NCBI GenBank assembly: GCA_048013815.1 | Contig: CM106585.1 | Coordinates: 15,810,001 to 15,874,000, forward strand | DNA length: 64,000 nt | Source of the DNA: Setoptus koraiensis | Lineage: Eukaryota > Animalia > Arthropoda | Direction: 5' to 3' | In this document: positions 1 through 13,675 of the stretch, one piece after another | How positions within the stretch are numbered: position 1 is the stretch's first letter | How the letters are laid out: each line of letters opens with the position of its first letter | The notes under the pieces: model-generated | Told to the model about the DNA's origin: nothing | What the model saw: only the letters and a program-made list of their open reading frames with translations | Database searches by the model: none | Made by a program: the position numbers and the translations under genes

Positions 1-3000
1 TGTTACTTTACAACTTTATAACGGAACGTCGTCATTTATTTGGACAAATCGAGCGACATCGGAGCTGGCCACTTCCGCCGGGCCCGCCGACTCTGAAATC
101 AATTGTTCGTACACGTTGGTGCCGTCGCTGCTATGGGACATTGATCGCCGGTGGCAGCCAATTGAGGCCGCAGCCTTCAGTGGTCATGCGTACCTTTTAT
201 TGTTATTAGTGCTCTAAATCACTGCTCTCAAATCTCAATTTTCGGCCGCCGGCTCAAGTGACCGCTGGCCCCACCTGACTACGGTGCGCGCCGTAACGCG
301 TTTCGTTGCGCGCCGTAACGGTCACAAATTGAGTGCGTCTGGGGGCGGACGGATAAGCAAACTGGGGCGACATTTTTCGACAGTCGCTCGCAATTGGAGG
401 TGTTGGCGGCGCTGGCCGGCTCAATCACGCCCAATGTGCACAAATTGCACATTTGGGCCAATTGCAGCTCGCAACTCGCGGCCAATCTCAACAAGCGGCT
501 CAAACTGGCAACGATGTCGCTCGCCGGGCCCCACTGACAGCACCAGCCGGGTAGCTCGTACACAGGTAACATCGGCGGCAGTGATAGGGCGATCACGTTC
601 GACCGGGCTACGGCCGCGGCCAGCAACCATTAGCGGTGCAGTTTGCAGCCGGGCAGCGTTTGTTTGGCTTGCGCTCGCTTTGCGCTCGCTGGACACGCGC
701 CCGTTGGCAGCCGCTGGCGCCCGTTGGCAGCCGCTGGCGCTCGCCAGCGCGACGGATAAAACAAGGGGCGCCGAGGGGCCGCGTGAGCGAGCGTGTGCGG
801 GGCGGGGGCGGACGGCGTGATGGTGGCGCCCGTCGCGTTCAATCGGATCGACGGCCGGATCGGGTCTGGCGCGGTCGTTTTGCGAGGCCGTCGCTTTGGT
901 TGCTTCGGTCGCTTTGGTCGCTCGGGCCGCCACGCCGTGACATCAAGCACCAACTTGGCGTGAGCTGACAGACACACTGACCCGGCTGTGCTGGGCAACG
1001 TATGGCCGGGCCAGTAATTATTTGTCCGGCCCGGTGCATTAGGGCGCAGTCAACATACATGCAGCACACACATCGCATATTATGTTATATAATGTTATGT
1101 AACATGCATCGCATGTTATGTATACCGTGTGTGCTGAGCGACATGCTGTGCGATGCGCGATATGCTGTGTATGTGCGATGTGCGATATGGGTGCTGGGGC
1201 CCCGCGCAAGCGTGCCGCCGGCCGCAAGCACTCGTGTCGAGTCGCCATGTTAAATGTTAGTTTTAACATGACAGTCGTAATGATTTCCATTTCAATCCTC
1301 GCCGATGATGATGACGACGACTAATATCGCGCAGCGCCAATTCAGACAATTCATGCCGATGATTATCTCGCTCATTTGCTCTACTTGTTCACAGCGAACA
1401 GCGACGACGGCAACAACAACAACAGCAACGAACAAACATTACGTGTGCCGGCGCCGGATCATGCTCACTTTGACCGACTGACTAACTGGGGCCGCTGGCG
1501 CTCGCCATGACACACACACTCGCTATGATAGTATGAGACTTAGAGGCACACACACGCCAATTGGCGCAGAGCGGCGCGCCGATCGGCCCGTAATGATCAT
1601 TACATGACAAACAACAATTATCCCGTCGCTTGGCCCGCTGTCGCGACTCGGCCCACTCTCACGATTCGCGGCCCGGCTAGACGGCGCGCGGTGTCGCATT
1701 TGGGGGCGCGCGTGATCGCGCGCGCGCGCCACAACAAACGGATATAATCTCGTTGGGGCACGCTCGTGGGGCACGCTCGTGGGGCACCGTTGTCAGCAGC
1801 GACAGACGACCGGCTGACAACGCTGCTGCCAGTGATCCCGGCACGCTGCTTATACGTAACGTATACACATGTACGTGTGTAATGCACGGCGAGCCAGTGT
1901 GAAAATAAACAACAAATGCGCGCCTATCACGGGCCAGGTGACGGGCTTGCTGGTGTGTTGTGTGTGTGTGTTTGTGCGGTCGGAGCGGGGCCCCACTGCC
2001 GGGCTTGTGCGTGTCGGGCAAACACGTAGCGCACAAACGGACAGATAAACGGGGCTCGTGTTACACGATTGTACAAGTTTGTGGCCAATGAAAGTCAATG
2101 AAATCCATCTAGGCGTAAACACACAGTGGGCGCGCTAATCTTAATCCTGGCGAGCCGCCGGCCGCAAGCGCATCCAACGGCGCGGCCAACATTAGCGACG
2201 GCATACAACTGTCACTAATAGTTGCCGTGTATTATGTTGCGCCGCTAATCAGGCCCCGCAATATTTTTGTTGCGCTGCCCGTTACGCCGCGTAACTTGCG
2301 CGTATTCCGCGGCGGGCCCCCGAGATCGTGTTTGTCCATTATGATCGGTTGCGCGCGCTCGTGCACAGGCGACCACGAGTGCGGCCAGCGCGGCCAGTGC
2401 GACTCGTGCGGCGACCGGTGCGACTCGTGCCACGGGCGCAGCGCCCCCCGACCAACCAACCCGAAAGTGCTCGCCGGAACAGAACAACAACTGTTAAAAC
2501 ACAATTGCAGTCGCACAAGGGCACACGGACACAATTAACGCTAATTAGTGCGACCATCGCGCTGGCGGCGGCATCACGATGACCGCTGGCCGTGATGCTG
2601 CGGTAACATGAGCACGACGAGCGGCAAAAAAAAATTTCCATTTTGCTGGCGGACAAACAATTCAAACAAACTACATCATGCCACATCATGCCACATCATG
2701 CTACATCATGCTATGTCATGGCGCTCGCGTTCTGGTCAAGCCAGCGTGCGAGCGACACCATCCGCCGAGGGGCCCCTCTACGGTCACACTGGCTCGGCCA
2801 GCGACTCGCGTCTGTTTGTTGTTGTTTCGTGCGACAATATGTGTTGTGCAACATAATTGCGCAACACGGCACAGGGCAGGAGATGCGCTTTATTGAACTG
2901 GTGGTCGCGTTGTGTGTCGCAATTCGCTTCTGTTGTGTGTGGGCCACAGCCGAGCGCTCGTCGGAGGTCGCCACATCCGTGGGGCCCCTGGCGAGCATCT

Positions 3001-3648
3001 CTCCATCGCGTCTAGTGCCTCTAGTGCGTCCATCGCGTCTGGTGCCTCTAGTGCGTCTAGTGCGCACATTATGTCTATTGCGCCTGTTATGGGGCCCCAA
3101 TAAGCGCTCACTGAGCCAAAGAGGATGAGCGGGCAATTAGTGAGACACACACGAAACACGAGATACGAAACACTGCCACTATTGGTATTGTGCTGTTAGG
3201 CGCTGCCAAAGTGCTGCTAATTAGCGCAATCGACCTGCAAGTTGGCCCAAAAAAGCCCGCTCATCTGCGCTATGTGTGGCATGACGACCAGATAATTCAA
3301 TATGACACCGGCGTGATATAGTGCCGCTATTTGCTTGTTGCAGCGGGCCCATCAGCGACCGACAAGCGGCGACAATGGGCCAGTAATGAGTAGCGCCATT
3401 ATCATTATGGTCATTGGCCGGCTCACGTGATGCAACGCAAATTGGCGCTGCCGTTGCTCGATCGGCTCCAGCCGCTCGAAAGTCACGCCGAGCTTCGCTA
3501 TCGAGCGCCGTTTTGGACGATCGCAATTTGTATGTCGGCGCGATGCTTGTCAGCCGCGGCGACAATTGACAAGACAAACACAAACAGCGGCGGCCGTGAC
3601 AGGGGCCCCCATTCGCGCATACTGCCGGCCGGGGGCTACTCGACGGTC

Positions 3649-3757
3649 ACAACAACAACAACAACAACAACAACAGTAGCAACAACAACAGCAACAACAA
3701 CAGTAGCAACAACAACAGCAACAACAACAGTAGCAACAACAACGGCGACGACAACAG
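3649..3757. repeat. Compound (CAA/CAG)n microsatellite with a 27-bp higher-order period
   Basis: GTAGCAACAACAACAGCAACAACAACA is repeated about three times after a pure CAA run. Confidence 0.9.
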
Positions 3758-6700
3758 TGTGAGGCCGGCGGTTGCGCGCAAAATTGCAAAAGATTGATTC
3801 ACTCAACATGGGAACACACACACAAGTTGGCCAGTTTAATTTGCCCGACAGCGGCCGCAATTGACCATGCTGGGGCACGGTACGGCGAGCACGGGCACGG
3901 GCAGTGACCGCTGTCAGTGTGTCGGCGCTGTTGGCGCTGTCCGCTGCAGCAGCTAAACAACAACAGCCTGAACAACGGGCCCCAAATGCGCGCGAATTGC
4001 GCTCAACGCACAAAATGCCGCTTGTCACTTACAATGCGGCGCGGCGCGGCCCGCCAAACCAAAACGCCACCGCTGGCGACCGCCGCATTCAGCCAGTCAC
4101 TTCCGCTTCGGTGATTGCGCTTGTTAGCGCCAGTCTCTTTGACGGCAACTGATTTTTGGGCGTTCGTTGTGCTCGTTTCCATAACTCACTTCCATTATCT
4201 GCTGCTGGTCGTTGGAGCTGACCGCTCGAAATTGCGCCGCCCAGCACCGCAATTTCGAAGCACTGCCAACCATTGCGATTGCCACTGTTCCAGCGACCAA
4301 TCGCTTGCTGGAACACAGAGTGCAAAACGTGCAATTTATGCGCTAACGAGCCATAATCTGTATCATCAGCTGGCTGTAGCGATGTTACGGTCATCCTCTG
4401 ACAGCTGAGTGAGAGTGTCGCTTGTCACAACTTGTGATGTCGCGCGCTGATTAGTGACGCCTGTGCCATTTAGGTGTGCCAGCATGCAGCGCACACCTAA
4501 ATGTGTCACCGTCCGCTGTCCGTGCAACGCTGATGCACGGGCCAAATAAAACAATTGCTCGCCGGGCGCCGCGCTCCAGTCGCCGACTGAGGGGCCCGCT
4601 CTCTGGCCGCTGCTGTCCGCTGACCGGCAGCGGCCCGACAGCGGCCCGAGGAATCAATCAATCCGCTGCCGATGGCAGTTGCACGCGTTTCGAACGGCAC
4701 GCGCTGTGGCCCCGTTATCGGCGCGCAGTGCTCAGTGTCTACAAAGTGCGTGTAAGGCGCACACAATGCGATATTGTGTGCTGTGCGCGTATTATATACG
4801 GGGCTTTACATAATTGGATTTGGTGGCTGTTGGCGGCCATTGAGAAACAAGACGTGCATGATAATGTGTAATCAACTAGGCAGTATAGATGATTGATAAT
4901 CAATTGATAAACTCACGTTCAAGTTGCAGCTGGCGCCTCTGGCCGCCCTTTGCAGGCCGGGCCGGCCCGCAGGTCTCGGGCCTCACTCTGTAGGCCGGGC
5001 CGGCTCGCAGGTCTCGGGCCGCGCCGGACCCCATCTGCTCCCGATTCGAGCTTCACAATTTCACACGGCCGGCACGTACGGCAGCAATAATTCGCTCGCC
5101 TCTCGAACTCTCGACAGTCGCAAAACTCTCGCAAAACTCTCGCCAGACTCTCGCCGACAGGGAGCGAGCCAGCGAAAGTGCGCGCACAGTATCCGCATTT
5201 GTTTATTTGCCAGTTATTAGCCGCTCGCGTTATTTACATCTTCTCGCTGGCCGCGCCAAGCACGCTGCAGAGCGCGCCGGTGTCTATGGCGGGCTCCGTG
5301 GCGGGCTCCGTGGCGCGGGCACGGTCTGGCGTGCGGTATGGATGGGCGAGATGTTCAAGCTTCATTAGATTGCAATTGGATGCTGGCGCTCCAATTGGCC
5401 CGAAATTGTTCACAACACTGTCCGCAACACTGTCCGTAACACTGTCTGCAACGCTGTCCGTAACATTGCTCATAACAGTGCTGTCCGGGCGAGCACGTTC
5501 TCCGCTAGAACAACAGCAAACATGGCGAGCTTGTGTGCTCATGGGGAGACACTCGTTGACCTATTATAAGGAGATAAGATGGATCGATCGGGACGTTGCA
5601 GCTCGGAGTTTGTTTGTTTGCTTTGGCCGGCCGGGCCGGCAACCAATCATTGGGCCGCCAGAAACGATCGCCCGGATCGGCGCGGATCGGCGCGCAACGA
5701 GCACACGACTGATGGCGCGTCAAACTGCTCTAAACTGGCCGAAACTGGCCGAAACTGTCGGAAAGTGTTCGCTTGAGATGGCCGGCCGGACAAACAAGTG
5801 TGAATGAGCCCATAAGCGCATCGACAATGTCGCCGTCGCGCTCTTATTAGCTCTTATTCATCATTGTGATGAGCGCTCTAAACAGGCAGCGAAAATGTTC
5901 AGTTGGGCCGCCGATCATGGTGCCCAGTGTGTGCCAGTTGTGGCACACTGATCAGCCCGCTAACTAAACATTTTCACCAATCAATCAATAGTTGCTGATC
6001 GCAGTTGGCCCGCTGGCCGCTTGGTGCTGGCCATTTGCGGGCCACTCCAACTCAATCAACTGGCTCGAATCGGGGCCGAGCGACTTCTTTATCTTGCGCC
6101 GGCCATCTTAATCGGCGAGCGTGCATGCCAAACGACGCTGCACATTTGCGCTATTTGGGGCGCACCAGCGACGCTTCGGCCAGACACATTTATCACCGCG
6201 CCGGGCGTTTTAGAGCCAACGTTTCAGACGCAACAGCGATTGGTCAGCGAAACGGCATCGGCGCTGTGTCGTGATCAGCACAGTGTCTCGCCAGTGAATG
6301 GGGCTGCGCCATCGGTGCGCCCCATTTATCCCTTCACGATGGCGCCGTGTTGCCGGCGGCAACCGGGCTCCGACTGCGATTTGCTGGGATGCTGCTCGTA
6401 TCTCTCTATTTTGTCCAATTCGTGCCCATTATGCCATGTGTGCCAGCGCGAACAATTGATTTTGCGCTCCACGCAACATATTCTATTACTATTAATATTA
6501 CGCAACGAGCGCAACTCGCTTGCTGCTTGTGTTTGTTATCTGTGTTCCGTACGTATGTCGCTTCCGATGTCTTGTCGCTGTGGCTAATTCCTTTCCCATA
6601 ACGCACAGCTTGGTGTGGCTGGCTGGCTGGCCGGCCGGCAACTTGCGACTCAACCATCATAAATACACAATGGGGCTCGCCGGGAAAACCGCATACAACG

Positions 6701-8862
6701 AGCATGATAATGAGCGATCACGATGACGATGATGAACATGAACAATATGAACAAATTCTCAACTAATTGATGATGATCTCATATAACATGAAATGTTGGC
6801 TCGGCGTCGTGGCGCGCGCTTCCGCTCGGCTCTACTTTTGCATGACTCGGCGACACAAGCAAATTGTTGTCGTTGTGGCTGCTGTTATTGTTGCAGCGCC
6901 TTCTCTCATGACGTAACTCTCATGGCGATTCTCTCATGGCGATATGGCGACCATATAGTGATACTGCGCCATGTCTAGTGTTCGCACAAGATTCGCAGTT
7001 TGCACTTGACATGGACGACTGACGGTGGCCCGCAAAATGGGCCGCGTTGCTCATTGAAAGTCATGGCATGACTAGTTCCGCATACTCACAACTCGTGTAT
7101 CTCGCTGCATTTTAATACTGATACGTTTAATGCCGCTCGCTTGCTCGCTCGCACACATTTATGTTTCGCAGCGTTTGTAACATGTTAAATAAGTAGTGTA
7201 AGCAGTAATCATAAATTGTCAGCCCAACAGCAAACATAGCACACACACACAATTACGTAACCAAGTTAACATTGCTGTTTTATGTATCTTGTTGTGTTGC
7301 GGCTGCGGGCAACACTGATGAGTTAATGTCGAACAACGACAACAACAACAACAACAACAATACAACAAACAACAACAGTCAACACAATGTTGCTCCGATC
7401 GCTATATGCAAATCGAGTTGCCGTCTCTCACACAGTTGTGAGTTGTACGGTTTGATTCAAAATTGAATTGCCTCAAAGAATGGTTTTTTCTTCTCTTATT
7501 CTTGGCCTGTCTGACAAACGCAATCATACAGTGTCACCCATTCTTGATTCTGCTGTCATCTTATTTCGCTCTAACTTGGCTTTTACGTTCATGTTGGCCG
7601 GACGACCGGCTTGCAACAGAACAAACTCATGAGAAACATTAAAATAAGGCCCCTCTTTATTTGTGCTTGTTCGCGTGCTTGTACCCCAAATCATGATATA
7701 CGAAAAGTTCATGTTTGCACACTAGTTTGAATGACACATAAACAACAACAACAACAACAACAGCGCACCATCACAACAGAGATTGAACAAACAGCCAGCG
7801 CGTGTTTAATGTCATTGACAAAACAAGCTTTTACAAGCTTTCCCATCACGGGCAGCCCATGTAATGTGATGCGCGTTGTTGTTGTTGTTGTATCTGTCAC
7901 CAACATTACATAACAAGACAACATGACAAAAACAACAATAGTAAAAATTAGATCAATTTTCAGATCAATCTGTTCTGTTATAGTGGTGGCCGGTCGTTGG
8001 GCGCCGGCAATGCTGGCACGTTGACGTATCGCTCTAGTTATCACCCAATAACTTCTCATATTTGCCAACTTGGCGCTAGCGACGCCAAAAGCAGAGTTGC
8101 GCAAGCCAGTTGCGAGCCGTTGCTGGTCGTGCACAATCGCGATGCTTATGATCAGCTTTAATTGAGCTTGACTAGACGATAAATTTCTGCTCGCTTCGTG
8201 GCCTCAAGCGCAAAAAATATCCCCCCCGAAATAGCGCACACAGGGCGGCTATATCGGGGCTGCGAACAACTTTGCTAACACTTTTGCGCTCACATTTAGC
8301 GCCCATGCTAGTCATCGTGTGTGCGAAATCGTTGAAGCGAAAAGGCTCTATAGTGAAGTAAAGGTCTTTAGACAGAGAAGTGATTGAGCAAACATTCGTT
8401 GAGCTAGAAATTTATCGACGCTCTCTCCCTCTCTCGACTGGGTGTCAACTATACTGAACAACGACAACAAGCGGCGGTGGTTGTGGCCTTCATCACGCCT
8501 TGCCAGCTTGCTGTAAAGCGTCACCGTGTCGCTGCTAAACGAGATCAAGCAGCTATGATGTAATAACGGGCACACAGTTGGCACAAATGGGTTCAATAAA
8601 CAATGTGCGTTGCCGCTATCAGCGCCTGGCCAGTTCTAAAGTCGCTTGTCTCAAGTCAGATTTCAGCGACGTCAAACATGATTCTATTATCTAGGTTAGC
8701 ACACACACACACACACTAAAAGAACATTCGTTGGGTAGATCCTCTTGCAAGTTGCGAATCAAACAAAACACTGACGATCAGCACTGCATTGTGCAGTGAG
8801 CGCATTGCTGGTAACAGGATATCTCAGCAAAAATGGAAACAATAACAAAGGTGGCTACTTAC

Positions 8863-10329
8863 ATGCTAGCTGGAGGGTGGCATTCTGGCTTCTCACTTGA
8901 CCGTGTTCGTTCTTGGCCAGACACCAATAGGTGCCGACATCTGAGTCACTATTGTTGTTGGCATATTTTTGATTGCTGTACTGTTCACTGCTTTGTAGCT
9001 GGTAGTTGGTGCCACCTCTAAAGTTCAAAAAGAATATTGAGCCTCCAAAGATGGTGCGGGTGGCTCCCGTGGAGGCTGCCGTCTCTTTCAGCAATCGCTG
9101 CCCATTGTGATACCATTCTATTTCGGGCCGAGGATTGCCATCTGCCTCACAATTAAGCTCGAATGTTTCACCTTCAATGGCCACCAAACTCTCTGGTTGC
9201 TGCTGTATCACGGGCGCTTGCCTCTGTTGATTGTGGTGCGACGATCGTTTAATTCTAAATAAATTATTATCATCATATTTATTAGTTGTGCTGTTGTGAC
9301 TATGGTGGGTGGCTGTCATCTTCTCCCACACCATGTTGTTTGCTTGCTCTTGCTGATTGTGGCCGCTGTTGCTGCTGCTGCTGCTGATGGCAGTTCGCTG
9401 TGCATAGGCAACGCGAAGGAAATAACTTTTTCTTGATATGTACTTGTTATAATTGGTGTTTGTTGGTGAGATCACAAGTAGTATGATGGCAAGCAATAAT
9501 GAGGCTGTTACTAAGTGCCTGAACACTGACCAACAACGCCATGATGAGCACAATTTTCTTTTGTCGCCGCTGCTGGCCTCGTCGGTGTTGTCGGTGTTAT
9601 CGCTGTTGCTGTCGGTGTTGTTGTCGGTGATGCTGCTAGCGCTTTTGTTGCGCCTGTTGCTAAATGATAGACGGTGATAATTGCTGGCATGTGATAAATT
9701 AAATTCTCTCCCTAAATGGGCTTTTTCGTTTCGCTGCCTTGGTAAACTGATTTTGGGTTGCAACTTTCGATTGTGCGCTCTGGGCGAATTCTCTGCTGTT
9801 CTCGTCGAAGAGTCAGCTTGTATCATATCTGTATCTTGGAGATGGCATAGTCTGCATCGTTGCAATTCTCCCGGGGAAAGTGTAAAAGGTAATGAATGGC
9901 ACTCATTAGAATGGTCTCGGCCAACAAAACTGGTGGCTGGCACAAGTGTGTGGGTGGCTGAAACACGGTTTGGCTTTTTGGCGATTTGCTGCTTGTCGCA
10001 TTTGCTTCTCTTGTATTCTGGCCATCTCCATGTTGTCCGCTCAATTGTTGTATCAAATAGATGCTGCAGCCGCTCGCAACCTGACAAAGAATGTTGCTGA
10101 TGTCGCTGCTGCATTGTGCCACCACAATTGTACCAGCAACAGAAACTGGCCACTCGACAGTCTGCTGCTGCCGCCGGCTTACATGTTGCAATGTCCTGCG
10201 ACATGGTGCACGAGAGACGGTTAGATGGGGTCAGTTGACAAGCCGTTGTTTGTCGATTGATGGTTGATTGTTGACGGAGAACATAATGAGCTGAGCCTAG
10301 GATACTTTTGTCCTCCTTTGGGTTCCATT
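8863..10329 (-). CDS. robo: Roundabout (Robo)-family receptor, exon encoding a hydrophobic segment and Ig domain 1; the rest of the gene lies beyond the left window edge
   Basis: ORF 8855..10204 encodes PVIQQQPESL...LNCEADGNPRPEIEWYHNG...GSIFFL...DVGTYWCLAKNEHGQVRSQNATLQLA, which matches Robo Ig1 (SLFFL and D-x-G-x-YWCxAKNExG...S-x-NATLQ[VL]A). The exon ends at a phase-1 GTAAGT donor (intron starts 8862). The frame is open upstream to a CTAAT...CATAG acceptor (AG at 10331-10330). No Ig2 exon was found in 1-8862. Confidence 0.88.
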
Positions 10330-12555
10330 CTATGAATAATAGATGAGATTAGGAGTAAGACGGAATAGAAATAATTAAGATAATAATACCCACTGTGCGT
10401 ATGGATCAAATAGAGCGGGCAGCTTAGCGCGGGGCCAGTTGGCCGCCGCTTGTCTGGCCCCACGAGCACACACACACACACAGCCGGCCGATTGCGATAG
10501 TAACGAGATCAATGATGTGCAAAATTAAATGGCTGCGAGCAGCGCCACACGCAACAATAAACAATATATTCGGCCTTATGCAATTGTCGTTGTCTTTATT
10601 TTTATTGCCATCTCTCGCCCGCTCGGTCTCTGGTCGTCGTTTGCTCTCGCTGTTTGCGCTCTCCTTGACTCTTTGCTCAGTCGCTAGTGCCTCCACAGCG
10701 CTCGTGCTGTTCGTGATAATGATATGCATCTACTCGCGGGCAATCATCAGTATTGTCATGATGGCGGACGGATAAGTACACTAATTAGATGGGCGATACA
10801 CCAACACAGCACAGTCACGACCAACACACACACACACACACATTCGAGCAGCGGGCCTCCATTTCAGTCGCTCTGTCTGTCTGGGCTAATTCCTCGCGGA
10901 CCGAACTCAACTGTCCGAATCGTTCAGCTTAGCCTGGCGCTGCGGCCATTGCAGGCAGCACACACACACACACACACAAGAGGCACCAGAATCAATTTAT
11001 ATTGCTGATATGTCAATGCTGGACAAAGAGAGCTGCCGAGCTAACATGTAAATGCGCGTTGACAACATTACGACCAGTAACGCGAGAGGATAATCATATG
11101 GTGATTCAAACTCTTTTTAGATGACATAATCAACTCTCACAACAACTGAGCGTACATTCTGTTTCTATTAGTGCGGCACGTCCAGCCAGTAACAACGGCG
11201 CCGCCATTAGACTGACACCTTGCTCTAATTCTCGTAGTTGTTGTAACTCTGGCTGTTGTGTGTGTGCGTGTGTGTGTGTGTTCTTGTTTGGCGCTAAGCA
11301 GCGCCACTGTGCAAGACAAAGAATTGCAACCGTATGCAAATAGTTTTATCAACTATCATCAGCCTAACAGGCGATACTGGTCTATCGAGCACACATGTCG
11401 CCATTAATTGCAAAACGGTGCTGCTGGCGCTGCTGGTATATTGCCCAAACCGTATTGGTGGTGCCGGAAATACACTCATTGCTCGCAGCACAGTGCATGG
11501 CATAAAAGACCGATTATCACGCCTACGCGCCAACACGATCTGGTGCGCAGAGAATTTTGCAAACTCGCCAGTTGATACGTCGGTAATTCTTACAATTCTA
11601 TCGAATCTCTTGTCAGTTACGTTCGCTTTTCGGCGTTGTCTGCCGGGTAACATTGTGCAATCATTAGGCTGGCCTTTGTTGAGACACAAACATGAGCAGT
11701 GGGCACACAAACAAACTTGTGTGTGTAGCGGACAAGTAGTTAGTGTAGTCCACGTTAATGAATTTACATCGGGGCTAGAATTCTTGCACTCATGTATGAT
11801 GGTCGCGGCTGAATTATTATGTTGAGGCTTTAAAATAGACAAATTGGCCTACGATAAAGTTATAAATGTTTGCAGCAAGCATACACAGCAGAGTGGTATT
11901 TACAACGGCAATAAAACGGCCAAAGCCAAAGTACACACACACACACACGGATATATAATAATAATATATATATAATGCGCAGATTGTTGAAGGAAGCCCG
12001 ATGATCGATGAGCTGCACTGAAATCAAATATTGCTGTTGCTGTTGCACACTGATGACACTAAATTATCTCAACGATTATTGCATATACAAGACAACTGAT
12101 TGATGGTTAAGTGTCCGGCGCAATTAGAACCAGTTACAGTTGACGGTCTTATTTAGTCTCAGCTCATGTTTGTTTGATGAGGCTGCGTTGGCTGCCCGAC
12201 AGCGTTCGACAAGGCTGAATCGTGTGAAATATTATATGTTCTGGGTGCGCTTGTGACTTTGTATAGCATGTGAGCATACTGGATCACCAGATACCATCTA
12301 GCAGATCTAGATGCATGTGTGTTTATGTAACTGTGTTTTTGCGTGAAGCGTCGCAATGACTCGTAATCAACATGACGAATGCTTCCTCATAATGTGATAT
12401 TTTTCTTCATCTTGCCCAACATTAATTGCCCTTTTAATTAATGATTGCTGATTCACGCTAATATGACGCTCGCTCGCTCGCTCGCTCGCTGTTTTGTCAA
12501 CTCTGGCTGGCTGGCTGGCTGATTCATACTGAAATGAGCCATGGGTTCTACTTAC

Positions 12556-13675
12556 CAATCATATCATTTTTGGTCCTAGTGGCGGAGTCGCCAAACACAT
12601 CATAATTGTCGGTCGGGCTCGGAGCGGTCCACTGGCGGCAGCTTGTTGATCGCAAATCGACTCTTGCGTGTCGGCGATTATTTTGAGGTTGCGCTGACGA
12701 TGATCGGTGCTGTTTATGGGTGCATTTGACTTGATTTGATTTCTGACTGTCGTCGTCGTCGTCTTGTTGCATCATATTTTTGTTTGTGTGATATTTGTGC
12801 GATTTGTGTTCGGCCGATAGTAATTGATCCACGGATCTGAGTGTGACCAAACGACAGTCTTGGTGCTGCAATAAATAAAAATATTCGCCCAATCCGGACG
12901 AATGTGTTAATTGTTGTTTGTTTATTAGTGGAGGTGTCCTCGCGGGGCTCAGCTCGCGCCACTCTATAAAATAGCAATAATAATAATGATCGTTGGCCGG
13001 TGATGCTATCACGTCGCCAGCGGCACACCAACTAACGGGCGTTTGGCTGTGTGGCGGCGCACAAACAACACAAATTGTTGAACGATTGTTCGATGTGGCC
13101 CTCGCATTGGCTGCTCCGTTTCTATTGGCATTGTTGTCGTGTAGCATTTTTGCATTCTGCAATAACACAAACCGGATCGAATTTTTTCGCTGCTCGTCTG
13201 GCTCACGTGCTGCTAAAAAGTTCGATCGCTCAATGGCTTCAGTTGACTGGTGAGTGGCATTGTGAGCAACGCTCGACAATGTGAGAGATTTCGTCATTGC
13301 AACTGATACTGGCCGCTGCACTGCGCAATTATTTGATTTATCCACATCATTAGCAACAGTTCTAAATCGAATAAACGCTCTCGTATCATGGTCGCACACT
13401 TGCAGCGTTGACTCTTCAGCGCTGCTCAGCAGGTGATGGCACATTCGTTTCTGGCGTTCGTCCCTTTTGTTGCGGGTTTGTTGTGCGCTTGTTGCGGTCG
13501 ATGTTGCTGGTTTTGGTGGTGTCGTTGTCGCTGATGTTGCTGTTGTTGTTGTTGCTGTTGTTGCTGTTGCCGCTGTTGTTGTTGTTGTTGCTGGTTTCAG
13601 AGTGGCCATGGCGACCGCTGGAGAGCACGCACAAAACTGCTTATGTGGTGTTGCTGCTGTCGTGGTGTCCGTCAT
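12556..13675 (-). CDS. Putative upstream coding exon of the Robo-like gene (Thr/Ala-rich, low complexity, 373 codons)
   Basis: The 375-aa ORF ends ATG ATT G|GTAAGTAG, i.e. a consensus phase-1 donor at 12555 that matches the phase-1 acceptor at 10330 (G+AA = Glu, frame preserved). No recognisable domain. Confidence 0.45.

Noticed and set aside
279-8600. Many overlapping 60-210-aa ORFs on both strands, including poly-Thr, poly-Cys and poly-Val products
   Set aside because: Expected in GC-rich, microsatellite-laden DNA; no recognisable domains, and none resembles the missing Robo Ig2 exon.
11294-11842. Overlapping 182-aa (minus) and 163-aa (plus) ORFs inside the putative Robo intron
   Set aside because: No homology or motif, and no clear splice context; may be chance.
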